Positions 26,601 to 40,636 of a stretch of 64,000 nucleotides of DNA are shown piece by piece. The stretch's first letter is position 1, and each line of letters starts with the position of its first letter. Below the pieces are notes generated by a model, which saw nothing but the letters and a program-made list of their open reading frames with translations, had not been told where the DNA came from and searched no databases. Position numbers and translations under genes: made by a program. Source of the DNA: Eledone cirrhosa (lineage: Eukaryota); NCBI GenBank assembly GCA_964016885.1, contig OZ024740.1:298220001-298284000 (forward strand), given 5' to 3'.

Positions 26601-29600
26601 TCCCACTACTACCTCTACACACTACACACTGTTCCCACTACTACCTCTACACACTACACACTGTTCCCACTACTACCTCTACACACTACACACTGTTCCC
26701 ACTACTACCTCTACACACTACACACTGTTGCCACTACTACCTCTACACACTGTTGCCACTACTACCTCTACACACTACACACTGTTGCCACTACTACCTC
26801 TACACACTGTTGCCACTACCACCTCTACGCACTGTTCCCACTACTGCCTCTACACACTGTTCCCACTACTACCTCTACACACTGTTCCCACTACTACCTC
26901 TACACACTACACACTGTTCCCACTACTACCTCTCCACACTGTTGCCACTACTACCTCTACACACTGTTGCCACTACTACCTCTACACACTGTTGCCACTA
27001 CTACCTCTACACACTGTTGCCACTACTACCTCTACACACTACACACTGTTCCCACTACTACCTCTACACACTACACACTGTTGCCACTACTACCTCTACA
27101 CACTGTTCCCACTACTACCTCTACACACTGTTGCCACTACTACCTCTACACACTGTTCCCACTACTACCTCTACACACTGTTCCCACTACTACCTCTACA
27201 CACTACACACTGTTCCCACTACTACCTCTCCACACTGTTGCCACTACTACCTCTACACACTGTTGCCACTACTACCTCTACACACTGTTGCCACTACTAC
27301 CTCTACACACTGTTCCCACTACTACCTCTACACACTACACACTGTTCCCACTACTACCTCTACACACTACACACTGTTGCCACTACTACCTCTACACACT
27401 GTTCCCACTACTACCTCTACACACTACACACTGTTCCCACTACTACCTCTACACACTACACACTGTTCCCACTACTACCTCTACACACTACACACTGTTC
27501 CCACTACTACCTCTACACACTACACACTGTTCCCACTACTGCCTCTACACACTGTTGCCACTACCACCTCTACACACTGTTCCCACTACTACCTCTACAC
27601 ACTACACACTGTTCCCACTACTACCTCTACACACTACACACTGTTGCCACTACTACCTCTACACACTGTTCCCACTACTACCTCTACACACTACACACTG
27701 TTCCCACTACTACCTCTACACACTACACACTGTTGCCACTACTACCTCTACACACTGTTCCCACTACTACCTCTACACACTACACACTGTTCCCACTACT
27801 ACCTCTACACACTACACACTGTTCCCACTACTACCCCTACACACTACACACTGTTCCCACTACTACCTCTACACACTACACACTGTTGCCACTACTACCT
27901 CTACACACTGTTGCCACTACCACCTCTACACACTGTTCCCACTACTACCTCTACACACTGTTCCCACTACTGCCTCTACACACTACACACTGTTCTCACT
28001 ACTACCTCTACACACTACACACTGTTCCCACTACTACCTCTACACACTACACACTGTTCTCACTACTACCTCTACACACTACACACTGTTCCCACTACTA
28101 CCTCTACACACTACACACTGTTCTCACTACTACCTCTACACACTACACACTGTTCCCACTACTACCTCTACACACTGTTGCCACTACCACCTCTACACAC
28201 TGTTGCCACTACTACCACTACACACTGTTCCCACTACTACCTCTACACACTACACACTGTTCCCACTACTACCTCTACACACTGTTGCCACTACCACCTC
28301 TACACACTGTTGCCACTACTACCACTACACACTGTTCCCACTACTACCTCTACACACTACACACTGTTCCCACTACTACCTCTACACACTGTTGCCACTA
28401 CCACCTCTACACACTGTTGCCACTACTACCACTACACACTGTTCCCACTACTACCTCTACACACTACACACTGTTCCCACTACTACCTCTACACACTGTT
28501 GCCACTACCACCTCTACACACTGTTGCCACTACTACCACTACACACTGTTCCCACTACTACCTCTACACACTACACACTGTTCCCACTACTACCTCTACA
28601 CACTACACACTGTTCTCACTACTACCTCTACACACTACACACTGTTCCCACTACTACCTCTACACACTACACACTGTTCTCACTACTACCTCTACACACT
28701 ACACACTGTTCCCACTACTACCTCTACACACTGTTGCCACTACCACCTCTACACACTGTTGCCACTACTACCACTACACACTGTTCCCACTACTACCTCT
28801 ACACACTACACACTGTTCCCACTACTACCTCTACACACTGTTGCCACTACCACCTCCACACACTGTTGCCACTACTACCACTACACACTGTTCCCACTAC
28901 TACCTCTACACACTACACACTGTTCCCACTACTACCTCTACACACTGTTGCCACTACCACCACTACACACTGTTCCCACTATTACCTCTACACACTACAC
29001 ACTGTTCCCACTACTACCTCTACACACTACACACTGTTCCCACTACTACCTCTACACACTACACACTGTTGCCACTACTACCTCTACACACTGTTGCCAC
29101 TACTACCTCTACACACTGTTGCCACTACTACCTCTACACACTGTTCCCACTATTACCTCTACACACTACACACTGTTCCCACTACTACCTCTACACACTA
29201 CACACTGTTGCCACTACTACCTCTACACACTGTTGCCACTACTACCTCTACACACTGTTGCCACTACTACCTCTACGCACTGTTTCCACTACTACCTCTA
29301 CACACTACACACTGTTCCCACTACTACCTCTACACACTCCACACTGTTCCCACTATTACCTCTACACACTACACACTGTTCCCACTACTGCCTCTACACA
29401 CTACACACTGTTCCCACTACTACCTCTACACACTACACACTGTCCCCACTACTACCTCTACACACTGTTGCCACTACCACCTCTACACACTGTTGCCACT
29501 ACTACCTCTACACACTGTTGCCACTACTACCTCTACGCACTGTTTCCACTACTACCTCTACACACTACACACTGTTCCCACTACTACCTCTACACACTCC

Positions 29601-32050
29601 ACACTGTTCCCACTATTACCTCTACACACTACACACTGTTCCCACTACTACCTCTACACACTACACACTGTTCCCACTACTACCTCTACACACTACACAC
29701 TGTTCCCACTACTACCTCTACACACTACACACTGTTCCCACTACTACCTCTACACACTCCACACTGTTCCCACTATTACCTCTACACACTACACACTGTT
29801 TCCACTACTACCTCTACACACTACACACTGTTCCCACTACCACCTCTACACACTACACACTGTTCACACTACTACCTCTACACACTACACACTGTTGCCA
29901 CTACTGCCTCTACACACTACACACTGTTCCCACTATTACCTCTACACACTACACACTGTTCCCACTACTACCTCTACACACTACACACTGTTCCCACTAC
30001 TACCTCTACACACTACACACTGTTCCCACTACTACCTCTACACACTACACACTGTTCCCACTACTGCCTCTACACACTACACACTGTTTCCACTACTGCC
30101 TCTACACACTACACACTGTTCCCACTACTACCTCTACACACTACACACTGTTTCCACTACTGCCTCTACACACTGTTCCCACTACTACCTCTACACACTA
30201 CACACTGTTCCCACTACTACCTCTACACACTACACACTGTTCCCACTACTACCTCTACACACTACACACTGTTTCCACTACTGCCTCTACACACTGTTCC
30301 CACTACTGCCTCTACACACTACACACTGTTCCCACTACTACCTCTACACACTACACACTGTTCCCACTATTACCTCTACACACTACACACTGTTGCCACT
30401 ACTACCTCTACACACTACACACTGTTGCCACTACTACCTCTACACACTGTTGCCACTACTACCTCTACACACTGTTCCCACTACTGCCTCTACACACTAC
30501 ACACTGTTCCCGCTACTACCTCTACACACTACACACTGTTCCCACTACTACCTCTACACACTACACACTGTTCCCACTACTACCTCTACACACTACACAC
30601 TGTTCCCACTACTACCTCTACACACTACACACTGTTCCCACTACTACCTCTACACACTACACACTGTTTCCACTACTGCCTCTACACACTACACACTACT
30701 ACCTCTACACACTCCACACTGTTTCCACTACTGCCTCTACACACTACACACTGTTTCCACTACTACCTCTACATACGACACACTGTTCCCACTACTACCT
30801 CTACACACTACACACTGTTCCCACTATTACCTCTACACACTACACACTGTTCCCACTACAACCTCTACACACTACACACTGTTCCCACTACTACCTCTAC
30901 ACACTACACACTGTTCCCACTACTACCTCTACACACTACACACTGTTTCCACTACTACCTCTACATACGACACACTGTTCCCACTACTACCTCTACACAC
31001 TACACACTGTTCCCACTATTACCTCTACACACTACACACTGTTCCCACTACAACCTCTACACACTACACACTGTTCCCACTACTGCCTCTACACACTACA
31101 CACTGTTCCCACTACTACCTCTACACACTACACACTGTTCCCACTACTACCTCTACACACTACACACTGTTCCCACTATTACCTCTACACACTCCACACT
31201 GTTTCCACTACTGCCTCTACACACTACACACTGTTCCCACTACTACCTCTACACACTGTTCCCACTACTACCTCTACACACTACACACTGTTCCCACTAC
31301 TACCTCTACACACTACACACTGTTCCCACTATTACCTCTACACACTCCACACTGTTTCCACTACTACCTCTACACACTACACACTGTTCCCACTACTACA
31401 CACTACACACTACACACTGTTCCCACTACTACCTCTACACACTACAAACTATGTTCCCACTACCACCTCTACACACTACAAACTATGTTCCCACTACCAC
31501 CTCTACACACTCTACACCGTGTTCCCACTACTGCCTCTACGCACTACACACTATGTTCCCACTACACACTACACACTATGTTCACACTACACACTGTTCC
31601 CACTACTACCTCTACACACTACACACTGTTTCCACTACTACTTCTACACACTATGTTCCCACTACTGCCTCTACACACTGTTCCCACTACTACCTCTACA
31701 CACTACACACTACACCCACTACTGCCTCTACAGACTATGTTCCCACTACCACCTCTACACACTCTACACCATCTTCCCACTACCACCTCTACACACTTCA
31801 AACTATGTTCCCACTACCACCTCTACACACTACAAACTATGTTCCCACTACCACCTCTACACACTCTACACCATGTTCCCACTAGTGCCTCTACACACTA
31901 CACATTGTTCCCACTACTACCTCTACACACTATGTTCCTACTACTACACACTATGTTTCCACTACATCAGCATCACACGTTCTTACTACCACCACTACAC
32001 TCCATACAAGAAGTCTTTATTGACACACTACACACCATGTCCTCACTACC
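14660..32050. repeat. 17.4-kb satellite; 32-bp unit cactgttcccactactacctctacacactaca interspersed with a 25-bp unit lacking ctacaca
   Basis: Read directly; the 32-aa (3 x 32 bp) period cycles through all three + frames; edges are degenerate. Confidence 0.98.
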
Positions 32051-32579
32051 ACCATCAGGGTAGATAAAGTAACCAGCCCAATGCTGTCACATCAGGGATG
32101 TTCCATTGTGTCAAAGGAAGGCGGGTCAAAAGGTGTCTATGCTTGTTCGCAGCTGCAGACACACCTGAAAGCAGCATGGGACATACTAACATGTCATATT
32201 TGATTGCAAGTGACAGCTGTAGATGTTGCTTTATTTTTAACTGTAGCAATGTCTCACTTTATTTCCGTTAACCCTTGTGGTGGGATTTTGTGTGGCATGG
32301 TGTACTGTGCAGCTGATTGTTCCACTTGGTGATTAATTAATAGTTGTTTTTGTTTGTTTGTTTGTTTGTATTTTTCCTTTTCTTTTTCTCTTGCTTTGAT
32401 CCTATAGTTTTGTGTATTTGTGAGGTTCCTAGCAATAATTAATTGTATTTATTATATGTGTTTATATTTTCATTCTGTAAGAATTATATACAATTTGTAA
32501 TGTTATTTATACAACTGTGAATAATAAATACACTTATATATTATAAACTAAATATATTTTCTTTTCTTTTTCCATCCAG

Positions 32580-32591
32580 AAAACCCATTAG
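32580..32591 (+). CDS. Candidate SLC26 terminal coding exon (KTH*) followed by AT-rich 3'UTR-like sequence
   Basis: Strong acceptor ttttcttttctttttccatccag; no homology support. An alternative candidate is 13383-13421 (MRNDNTSVIYGR*). Confidence 0.3.
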   Translation, partial: KTH

Positions 32592-33234
32592 ATGCTTCAA
32601 ACAACGGAATATATCAGTATACTGACTTATTCAAAAGTCTTCCGATCAACTCTGATTCCATCCACTGTCTGCATTATGGCAGACCTATGTTGCTGTTATA
32701 ATTTCTATCAAGACATATTTTCATTTTCTTTCATTTTTTTAATTTGTATATTCTGTTCTTGTACTGGCTATGCACTTTATGTATGTGTTTGTGTATATAT
32801 GTATGCATGTATATATGTAACATACATATATATATGTAACATATGTGTGTGTGTGTGTATTATATATGAAGTGTCCACAGTTCAGAGACTGGGAAGACCA
32901 TAAATTATGGTAGTACTTGATGCATAATGAGATGCAGAGTACTATAAAAATTGTAGTGATATATTGAAATTTATAATGTACCATTTGTTTTTATCATATA
33001 TAATTATCAGTATATGGATTTTAGTATAAGTTTTATTCTTAGCAACAGGACTGATCTTGTTAAGTTCTTTGTGGGAGTGTGTGTTGTATTGTGTTAAGGC
33101 AGAGTGGCTGTGAGGTCAGTTAGACTGTCCCAGGCAGTTTAGTAGTCAGGCATGTAAAAAAAAAAATGGATATGATAACAAACAAATAATATATATGCAA
33201 ACATCCAATTGACTTAAGAAACATTGGGTAAACT

Positions 33235-33379
33235 TGAAATGTAGTCGTTTCTGCGCAGATGACTATAATAATAGTCAATCACTATAAAAAATAGTTGAAA
33301 AAGAAATTGGGTAGATTACCCCTTATTTATAGTGATCTACCATTATTATAGCCACCTGCATTGGCATGACTACATTTCA
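33235..33379. repeat. Imperfect inverted-repeat element (relative at about 44657-45035)
   Basis: tgaaatgtagtc..ctataataatag..atcactataaa pairs with tttatagtgat..cattattatag..gactacatttca. Confidence 0.55.
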
Positions 33380-33964
33380 GATATATATGTGTATATAATA
33401 GCTTCAGCTATGTGGTAATACTGTAAAGATGACATAATTATTTTGGTCTATTTAAGGAGATCTTTTAATATTTCTTTTTTTTTTTTAATTTTTTTATTTT
33501 TCTACAAACAAGAAGTTAAAAAAATGTACAGACTTTGATTATTTTGCAAATTAGTTTTGAACAGAATTTTTTGGTGCTTCTGATGTTTTCTCAGTCTTGA
33601 ATATTTTTTTATATTTACTCTGTGAGTAAAATCACTTATTTTATATCTCTGTATCTGTTATGAAGATTGTCAGAGACAAATGTGGTTCTCTGGTATATAA
33701 AGTTCTATAATTTATTTAAAACTTTCATGCAGGTACATATGCACATACATGCAAATAATCAAAAAAAAAAAAACAGACAGACAGACAAAAAATATATTAT
33801 AAATCCAAATGCTTATGGAAACTGTCATCATGTTTGTGTATATATCTCAATGTAGACAAAAATATACATTGTCCATCTGATTTTCTTGGTTGTCTGACAA
33901 TCTCTACAACATATAAAAGCACATGTATTTCTCTGTTAGGAAGTTCTATAAGTAATTTAATACT

Positions 33965-33967
<3 letters not shown>

Positions 33968-34004
<37 letters not shown>
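33968..34004. repeat. (CA)n microsatellite
   Basis: Read directly. Confidence 0.9.
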
Positions 34005-34006
<2 letters not shown>

Positions 34007-34984
34007 AACATATAGATTATAGAATGTTTACTAAATCTTTCATCACATTTGTGTTATATATTTTTAATGTGACAAAAAATATACATTGTTCATTATATTC
34101 TTTTGATTGTCATACCAGATAAAGAATCCTATGCCATTTTCTTACAGACATTATGAACTTATTTCATGTAGGCCCATCTTCCAACAACCTCAAATTTGAT
34201 TCACCCAAATTTGAATCACCCAAACCTCTTGAGGGCAGAAAGGAAATGTTTCCCTTGCTACTGTATATCTATGATAACACAAGGTTCTAAGATTATAAGT
34301 TTTTAAAAATATATACTCAAATATTATTAAGGCTCAGTATATTAAGAAATATATTCAAACAGGATTAAACTCAATATATTAAGAAATACACACAAATGTG
34401 ATGAAGGCTCAGTCTATTATTAAATATATTCAAACAAGGTTAATGTTGAGTACATTAAGAAATACCCATAAACAAGGGTGGGTTAAGGCTCAGTATAGTA
34501 AGAAAGGTACTCAGACATAGTTATGGTTTGGTAAATTGGCAGTGTCATTAATACTGCTTCACTGTATTCATTCTGGCTCTGTGTTCAAATCCTGCTGTGG
34601 TTAATAAAATAAGTACCAGTTCAGTACTAGGGTCGATTCTTCCTATATCTCTTTCTCACATCCTTTCTATTATTCTTTATCATTCTCTCTGGAAGAAATC
34701 GACTGTGTTCAGACCTGGAGAGGAGATGGGCCCAGCTAGGTTTTCAATGCCCTAGAAATGCTGAATGTCACTACAGTGCCTCTACGACTCCACTATGTGT
34801 ATGGGTCCTAAACAAAGAATATTAATTCTTAGTGCGGTGAATTGGCAGTATTGGTAGAGGGTTGGACGCCATGCTTTGACGCATAGTTACGGCCCTTGCT
34901 ATTCTGAGTTCAAATTCCGCCGAGGTTAACTTTGCCTTTCATCCTTATGGGGTCGATAAAATAAAGTACCAGTAATTACATGAA

Positions 34985-35335
34985 ACTGCATTAGCAAGAC
35001 ATTCTTAAAAAAAATACAAAACAGCACTATAACATTAAAGATTAAAATCTTTCTGCTGTCCACTAGTAAAGATAATATAAACATTTGAATTAATAAACAT
35101 ATTTTCAGACATTTTCTGCTAAGGGATTACAGGATGTTAAGAGTTAAGTAACAACCTTCCATATGCAACAATGTTTTCAAACAAAACATTTGCATCACAT
35201 TAAAATTTAAAGTCTTTAATACAGTAAATATTGTCAGTGATCTGTCCACTAGTAAAGATAATCTAAATATTTGAACTAACAAACCTATTTTTTTAGATAT
35301 TTTTTGCTAAACCATTACATGATGTTAAGAGTTAA
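34985..35335 (-). mobile_element. Third MITE-like family (ttaactcttaacatcctgtaat..tttactagtggaca), two partial copies
   Basis: Also seen at about 7455-7700, 37710-37915, 41390-41690, 56665-56880, 59408-59600 and 61490-61720. Confidence 0.55.
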
Positions 35336-38269
35336 GAAATATACTCAAACGTGATTGAAGCTTTAGTCTCCAACCAAAATGGCTTAAACAGTAAAAGAAC
35401 AAAAGTTTTCATAGACATTTGGATTTGAAAGAACTGCCAAAACCAGTGGTACACATATGAAAAAGAAACAGAAGTGAGGATGAAAAAGGGAATTGAACGA
35501 TCTGCCCAGTAGTCTATTTCTTTTTATCCCTCTTTACCTCTATTGTCCTATATTTAAATAAGTGTATCTTTCTAGTTAGGCTGCAAATTAACAGTCACCA
35601 GGGTGTCAGATTAAATGCTTCAGTATTTGTTCCAGCTCACTGCACTCTGAGTTAACTTTGCCATTTTTCTTCTCTCTCCTTCTTTGGAATAAATCAGTTG
35701 TGTTCCAACCTGAAAAGGCTGGACTCTACCAAGTTTAAATGCCCAAGGTACAGTGTGTGTCAAAACACCACCTTTACGACTCCATCAGGAGTTATGGGCC
35801 CTGTTGTCGTTAGGTGAAAAAAAGTACAAGTATAGTCATAAACTATTCCTGTTTTGTTCATATAATTAATTTGTTGAGCTCCATATTGACCATGGATGAA
35901 CAATTTCATATTTATTTTCACCAAGAAAAGATTTGAAACAAATGTCCTTCCTCCCTCACTAAAAAGTTCTGAACCAATGAAATATATACAAACATACATT
36001 ATATATATATATAAATTCCTGTTGATTTTGTACGAATGAAACAGTTCTAGTCCTGTAGAAGTTATCTCTCTCTCTCTTTCTATTTCTCTCTCTCTCTCTC
36101 TCTCACTATACACACACTTAAGCATATACATGTGTGTGTCTTGGACTGATGGCAAATTTCATCTTGATGAAATAAATACCATGCTTTAATATTGCTATGC
36201 ACTAAACAGGAAGATATGACCGACATTTTGGTATAAAATAAGCTAAACTGGCTATAGTGTTCTGTTTATTAGAACTGATTTACAATTTTGGACAGGACTT
36301 GTGAATGTCTCAAAACATAGGCTACTTTCCACACTTATAATGAGAAGTGGACAGCATACCATGTTGATAGCTATATAGTTACACTCCTTTATGTTCTGAG
36401 TTCAAATCCCACTAAGGTTAGCTTTGCCATTCATCCTTACGGGGTCGATAAAATAAAACACCAGTAATGCACTGGGGTTGATTTAATCAACTTGCCCTTT
36501 CTCACAAATTGCTAGCTTTATGCCTATGTTAAAAAGAATTATCATCATCATCATCATCATCATTATATAGTGAAAGGAAAAAAGGCAGTGAGCATGACAT
36601 TGACAGGCTCTCTCAGAGCTATGAAGTCAATATAATTGATGTTGATGTTCAGCTTGAACATTTGTAGGTTGATGTTTGTACATAAAATGTGTCAAGGGGG
36701 ATGATTATTTTAGAGAGAGCAGAAGTTCTGGAATGGGTTTACTTAGTATGGAGTTTGAGGGATGATTTAGTGGTAATGATGAAAGGAAGAGATGTAGGTG
36801 TCAGTGCACTGATACATGGCTAACTAGTTTAGTAGTGCAGAAACTGTTGTAGTAGATAGTAGGAGCAGTACATCTGTGAGCCTGAACCAATGAAATATAT
36901 GTGTGTACAGGCACATATAAACATGTACATTAAACCTACATTAAATGTATATATATATATATTTGTAGATGGCAAATTGACAGTCATTAGAATGTCGAAT
37001 AGAATGCTTTGCAGTATTCCTTCTAGCTCACTGAACTCTGAGTTCAAATCCCACCGAAGTCAATAAAGGTCAATAAAAAAAAAAGTACCAGTCGAATATT
37101 GGGGTCGTTTCTTTCTATATATCTCTTCATTGGTAGGTGAATCTTTACCAAATTAACCAAATGGGTTTCTTTTCAATGTTGTTTAGGATGTTTAAGTCAT
37201 AGCAGTATCATCCTTACACCATGTAGGTTAGAATCTGGTCGGGAGTTAAGTATTTTCCAGCTCTATAGAAGGAGCATATTCTTCAAGATGCAGTTATTGC
37301 AATGTTATAGATGTACTTTGTGGATGCAGCACAACTAAATAGTTAAGACATTTACTTACTGTGAGGCATCTTGGGCAAGTGTCAATCTATAACTTGAGTA
37401 AAATTGGGTAGACAGAAACAGTTTTGAAGTTCATAAGATGGAGTATACCTGTAACACAGAATCTCCCTGAGAATTGTGTTTAGAATGCATGATTGTGAAA
37501 TGCTCAGCCATTTGCACCTTAATTTTACTAGAGTAGTTCATTGATCAAGCAGCTAGAACATTAGTCGTCGGATCTGACAGAGTTCAATAACATATTCATG
37601 TACTCAGAAGAATTAACCTCTACATAGCCTATTATGTAGCTCATGTTTTGTAAATCAGTAATATAACCATTACATATTTATCTACAATTTGTTTAGCTTG
37701 TAACATCCTCGACTGCATGGAACTGCATTAGCAAAACATTCTTGAAAAGTACAAAACAGTACTGTAGCTGCATTACATTGAAAATTAAAGTCTTTACTTT
37801 AATTTGCTGCAAATCTTTACAATGTGTCCACAAGTAAAGACGCTATAAGCATTTAAATAAACAAACTTGTTTTTAATATTTTCTGTTAAATCATTACAAG
37901 ATGTTAAGAGTTAGAGGTAGATTTTCTATTGATTAATGCTCAAATTAAAAGTGTTAACGATTATCTCAAAACATACATATCATTCTCGACTCATTGAAAG
38001 AATCATTCTTAGGATAGTGGCCAGCCTTCTATAGTTACATACTTACCAGAAGTATGGGACCAGATGGAGATGGATATATATATATATTTATTTAATATAG
38101 AAAAGGCTTCTACAGGACTAGAACTGTTTCATTCGGGAGAAATCATCAGGGCTTCCTGATGATTTTTCAGTTCTAGTCCTGTAGAAGCTTTTTCTATATT
38201 AAATATTTATACTCTGCTTTGTATTGAGTACCTCACTGTGGTTACCCCCGATTGAACCCGGAATAAACT

Positions 38270-38301
<32 letters not shown>

Positions 38302-38317
38302 ATAACAATCAAAGAGT

Positions 38318-38692
38318 GTTTAAAACATTTAATCACTTATGATCGTTTCATCCTAGCACAAAGCCGGAATCATTTGAGTATATAATAAAGGTTAAAACAC
38401 AAATATAATATCAGAAGTTTATTTTTTTTATTTTTTAAATTTTAATGCTTTTAGCGGCTCCTAGTTTTATTGCATTTATATGCTCATATTTTTCATATAC
38501 TTTTTCCACCTTTGCTATCTTTTCTTTTATAAATGTTGATAGTTATGCTTACTTCTCAATATATGTATCCTCCTAATGTTGTTGTCACAAACCTCTAATA
38601 TTATATTTGTTTTAACATTTATTATATACTCCAATGATTCCAGCCCTGTGCTAGAATGCAACGATCATAAGTAATTAAACGTTTTAAATATT
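38318..38692. repeat. About 100-bp imperfect inverted repeats around a roughly 170-bp AT-rich spacer
   Basis: taaaacatttaatcacttatgatcgtttcatcctagcaca.. pairs with ..tgtgctagaatgcaacgatcataagtaattaaacgtttta. Confidence 0.7.
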
Positions 38693-39891
38693 TATAAAGT
38701 ATTTCGGCTCTGTAATATATTTATCATTTTACATTGAGCTATTCTCATACTTGTAATTGGATAATATTTAATATTACCCACATTATATATATAAATAGAT
38801 ATGTTATAAAAACTATCAAAGGGTACATGAATACAATGAATATATAAATAAGATATCATATCAGTGTAGGAACCTTCCATTTATATAGCTGCACTCTTAA
38901 AACAGAAGAGAGGGTGGTAAATGGAGTAAAATTTATATATTTTCATTTTTGTGATATATTAATGGTTTATGTTTTGATATGAAGAAAAGTTTCCAATTAT
39001 TTTTTTTTTTTCCCTCAAATTACATGCTTTATCTAATTGAGTCAACTATTTTGTATATTAAAAAAGATTTTTGAAAAAACATTTTGTATAATTTTTCCTT
39101 TTCCATTCATGCTGAAAATATTGGTTTTGATTTTTGTATCATCTGGTCATCAAAGTTAAATAATGTCAAGCCTGTTTACTAGTTAGGTGGGTGACAACTT
39201 GGGAAATATAGCTGCTACAAACATCTTTCTTTCAGTGGCAGTGCCCCAGTATAGCCACAGCATACTAACTGGAATCAATAAAAAGAGTATCAATGAAGGA
39301 TCAGTCCTACAGAATTTGCGATATAAATGGTGCTACTCAAACCCTCATTTGTCACACTCAGAAGGAATTAAACTCAGCAATGCAAGCTACCATGTCTATA
39401 CATATATAGATATGTGTTTATATATAAAAATAAAATTAGAATTTTATTTCTCACTCTAGCACAGCTGATACATAAATGTATGTATGCATATGTGCAAGCG
39501 CGTGCACACACACACATATATCCACGTATGGGTTATATCGAACATTAATAATAATATTTGATTTGTTTTTAAATAAACGGCCTGGTATGCAAATGAATAC
39601 CATATATTTTCAACTGTTCAACAGATTGGCAGACAGGTAAACAGTCCTGATTGAGGATAATTACCCAGAAACATGCTGATTGTTCCTTGATGCCAGTGTT
39701 GAAGAACAGATGACAATCGGTCATCGGCTTTATTGGGTCGTTTGTTTACAAACGAATGGAATATTATTTTTAATGTGTGATATAACCCATACGTACATAT
39801 TTATATTTATATGTGTGTGTGTCTATACATATATATATATGTATATATACGTGTGTAAGTATGCATACTTACATGTTTATATGTGTGTGTG

Positions 39892-39924
<33 letters not shown>

Positions 39925-40324
39925 AAGAATTGACTTAAATAAAATTATTTCAGTCATATTACACCTTAAATAGCTCAAATACTTTATATAAGCTAAAAAC
40001 TATTATTTGTAAAGCTTCATTTTTTTCAAAAATTATATTTAGGTGTAGATATTTACAGTATATTAAAAGTAAAAAATGCATTTAAAAATAAAAAATAGAC
40101 ATAGTTTCACTTACAAATTTGTGCTTATACCGCAGTTTTATTTCAGCAAAGAAACATAATTAATCAATTAAGACGCTGTAAACTCATCAGTAAGCAATGT
40201 CTTAAAACATACCTTATGACTTTTACAAGAAAGACACAGCTAATATTATAAATAAAATTCCATGTGCTTTTAGCTTTAAACCAGTAAGTCTCATGTCAAA
40301 AGCCAGATTTTAGCCTATATATAT

Positions 40325-40636
40325 AATTAGAAAGAGAAGCTTTTGCTGTATTTTTTACTGAAGAAGTTTTAGCCTAATAGTGGGGTTTAGAATCCTCAGA
40401 GAAATGGAAAAAGATGAGTATTGACGTACATGGGAGTCGAACCCACATCTTTGGTTATCCAAACCACTGTGCTACCATTACACTGGTAGCACAATGGTTT
40501 GGATAACCAAAGATGTGGGTTTGACTCCCGTGTACGCCAATACTCATCTTTTTCCAATTCTCTGAGGATTCTAAACGCCACTATCAGGCTAAAACTTCTT
40601 CAGTCAAATATACAGCAAAAGCTTCTCTTTCTAATT
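40325..40636. repeat. Long foldback (about 153-bp arms, 6-nt loop) centred on a tRNA-like sequence
   Basis: Arms 40325-40477 and 40484-40636 with only scattered mismatches; B box GGTTCGACTCC on the - strand. Confidence 0.93.

Noticed and set aside
14540-32067. Giant ORFs of 456-5315 aa (T/H/L/P/Y-rich, mucin-like)
   Set aside because: All three + frames give the same cyclic peptide because the 32/25-bp units lack stop codons; unit lengths are not multiples of 3.
40118-40314. Possible - strand exons and a signal-peptide-like MRLTGLKLKAHGILFIILAVSFL
   Set aside because: Stops in all frames, weak acceptors, no recognisable homology.
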